Assembly: GCA_963754315.1 (NCBI GenBank) | Contig: CAVWFS010000010.1 | Coordinates: 78,527 to 142,526, forward strand | Direction: 5' to 3' | DNA from: an uncultured Candidatus Rokubacteria bacterium | GTDB lineage: Bacteria > Methylomirabilota > Methylomirabilia > Rokubacteriales > CSP1-6 | Length of the DNA: 64,000 nt | In this document: piece by piece, positions 63,007-64,000 of the stretch | Layout of the letters: each line of letters opens with the position of its first letter | How positions within the stretch are numbered: position 1 is the stretch's first letter | Notes under the pieces: generated by a model | The model's database searches: none | What the model saw: only the letters and a program-made list of their open reading frames with translations | What the model was told of the DNA's origin: nothing | Translations under genes and position numbers: made by a program

Positions 63007-64000
63007 ATGCGCATCCTCGTCACCGGACACAAGGGTTACATCGGCGCCGTGATGGTGCCCATGCTTCTCGAGGCAGGCCACGAGGTGGTAGGTCTCGACA
63101 GCGATCTATTTCGGGAATGCACCTTCTGTCCGGGTATGACGGACGTCTCAGAGGTCACGCAAGACCTGCGAGACGTACAGCCTAGGCAGCTCGAGAGATC
63201 GAGGCGCTCATTCATCTGGCCGCCCTGTCTAACGACCCGCTGAGCGATTTGAACCCTCAGATCACGTACGACATCAATCACGCCGCCTCCGTGCGGCTTG
63301 CCCGCCTGGCCAAGGAGGCAGGGATTCCGCGGTTTCTCTACTCGTCGTCCGCAGCAGCTATGGCAAGGCGGGCGAGGAGCTGGTCGATGAGACGGGGCGC
63401 TCAACCCGATCACGCCGTACGCGATATCGAAGGTGCGGGTGGAGGAGGACGTGGCGAAACTGGCCGACGGCCGGTTCAGTCCCACCTTTCTTCGGAACGC
63501 GACCGCCTACGGTGTTTCGCCGCGTCTCCGCTTCGATCTCGTGCTGAACAACTTGGTCGTCTGGGCATATGCCGAAGGGCGGGTCCACATCAAGAGCGAC
63601 GGCACGCCGTGGCGCCCCATCGTTCACATCGAGGATATCGCGAGGGCGTTCCTGGCCGCATTGGCGGCGCCCCGTGAAGACGTGAGCAACCAGGCCTCAA
63701 TGTGGGCCAAACTCGCGAGAACTATCGCATCCGTGATCTGGCGGAGATCGTCTCAAGGTAGTGCCGGGCTCGCGCCTCGAGTATGCCGAGGAGGCGGCCC
63801 CGATCCCCGATCCTACCGGGTGATTTCGAGAAGATCCATCGCCTACTTCCCGATTCAAGCCTCAGTGGGACGCACGGCGGGGAGCGGAGGAGCTCCTACG
63901 ATGCCCTTACCCAGCGGCCGGGGTGGTTCTGGAGGATTGCGAAGGTCCGCGGTTCAAACGGATCGACCAGCTGATGCAGCTCCTCGCGCACAACCATCTA
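63007..64000 (+). CDS. NAD-dependent nucleotide-sugar epimerase/dehydratase; frameshifted, runs to the window end
   Basis: [47 protein letters not shown]. Confidence 0.88.

Noticed and set aside
51347..64000. Mass pseudogenisation or programmed frameshifting of carB and the EPS genes
   Set aside because: Breaks are almost all small indels, some in homopolymers. They also hit addA and carB and increase toward the window end, which fits long-read error. Polishing is needed to decide.
1..64000. tRNA, rRNA, CRISPR array, IS element, integrase or prophage
   Set aside because: None recognised by eye; short RNAs could be missed without covariance searches.

Overview
High-GC bacterial chromosomal window. 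The gene style suggests an uncultured soil lineage such as Ca. Rokubacteria/Methylomirabilota, but that is inference only. Many single-base frameshifts occur, increasing after about 54 kb, and look like long-read indel errors. Contents in order: (1) 1-12.5 kb, a minus-strand TetR-controlled catabolic operon: two paralogous amidohydrolases, an alpha/beta hydrolase, a Liv-type ABC importer whose ATPase is fused to a Tm-1-like/UPF0261 domain, a PEP-hydrolase-like TIM barrel and a flotillin, interrupted by an antisense RHH/PIN toxin-antitoxin (TA) pair. (2) 13-23 kb, assorted hydrolases and oxidoreductases, a VapBC pair and Uma2. (3) AddB/AddA-like helicase-nuclease genes. (4) A FIST-SnoaL-chlorite-dismutase-like-Pot-type ABC-MBL run. 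(5) An aromatic-acid catabolic cluster (ABC importer, Rieske oxygenase, dihydroxyphthalate-decarboxylase-like protein, LigJ, HpcH aldolase, class III extradiol dioxygenase) carrying two more TA modules. (6) carAB plus a Wzc/Wza exopolysaccharide locus, linked by three sigma-54 promoter motifs and a sensor-less enhancer-binding protein. No rRNA, tRNA, CRISPR array, integrase or transposase was recognised.
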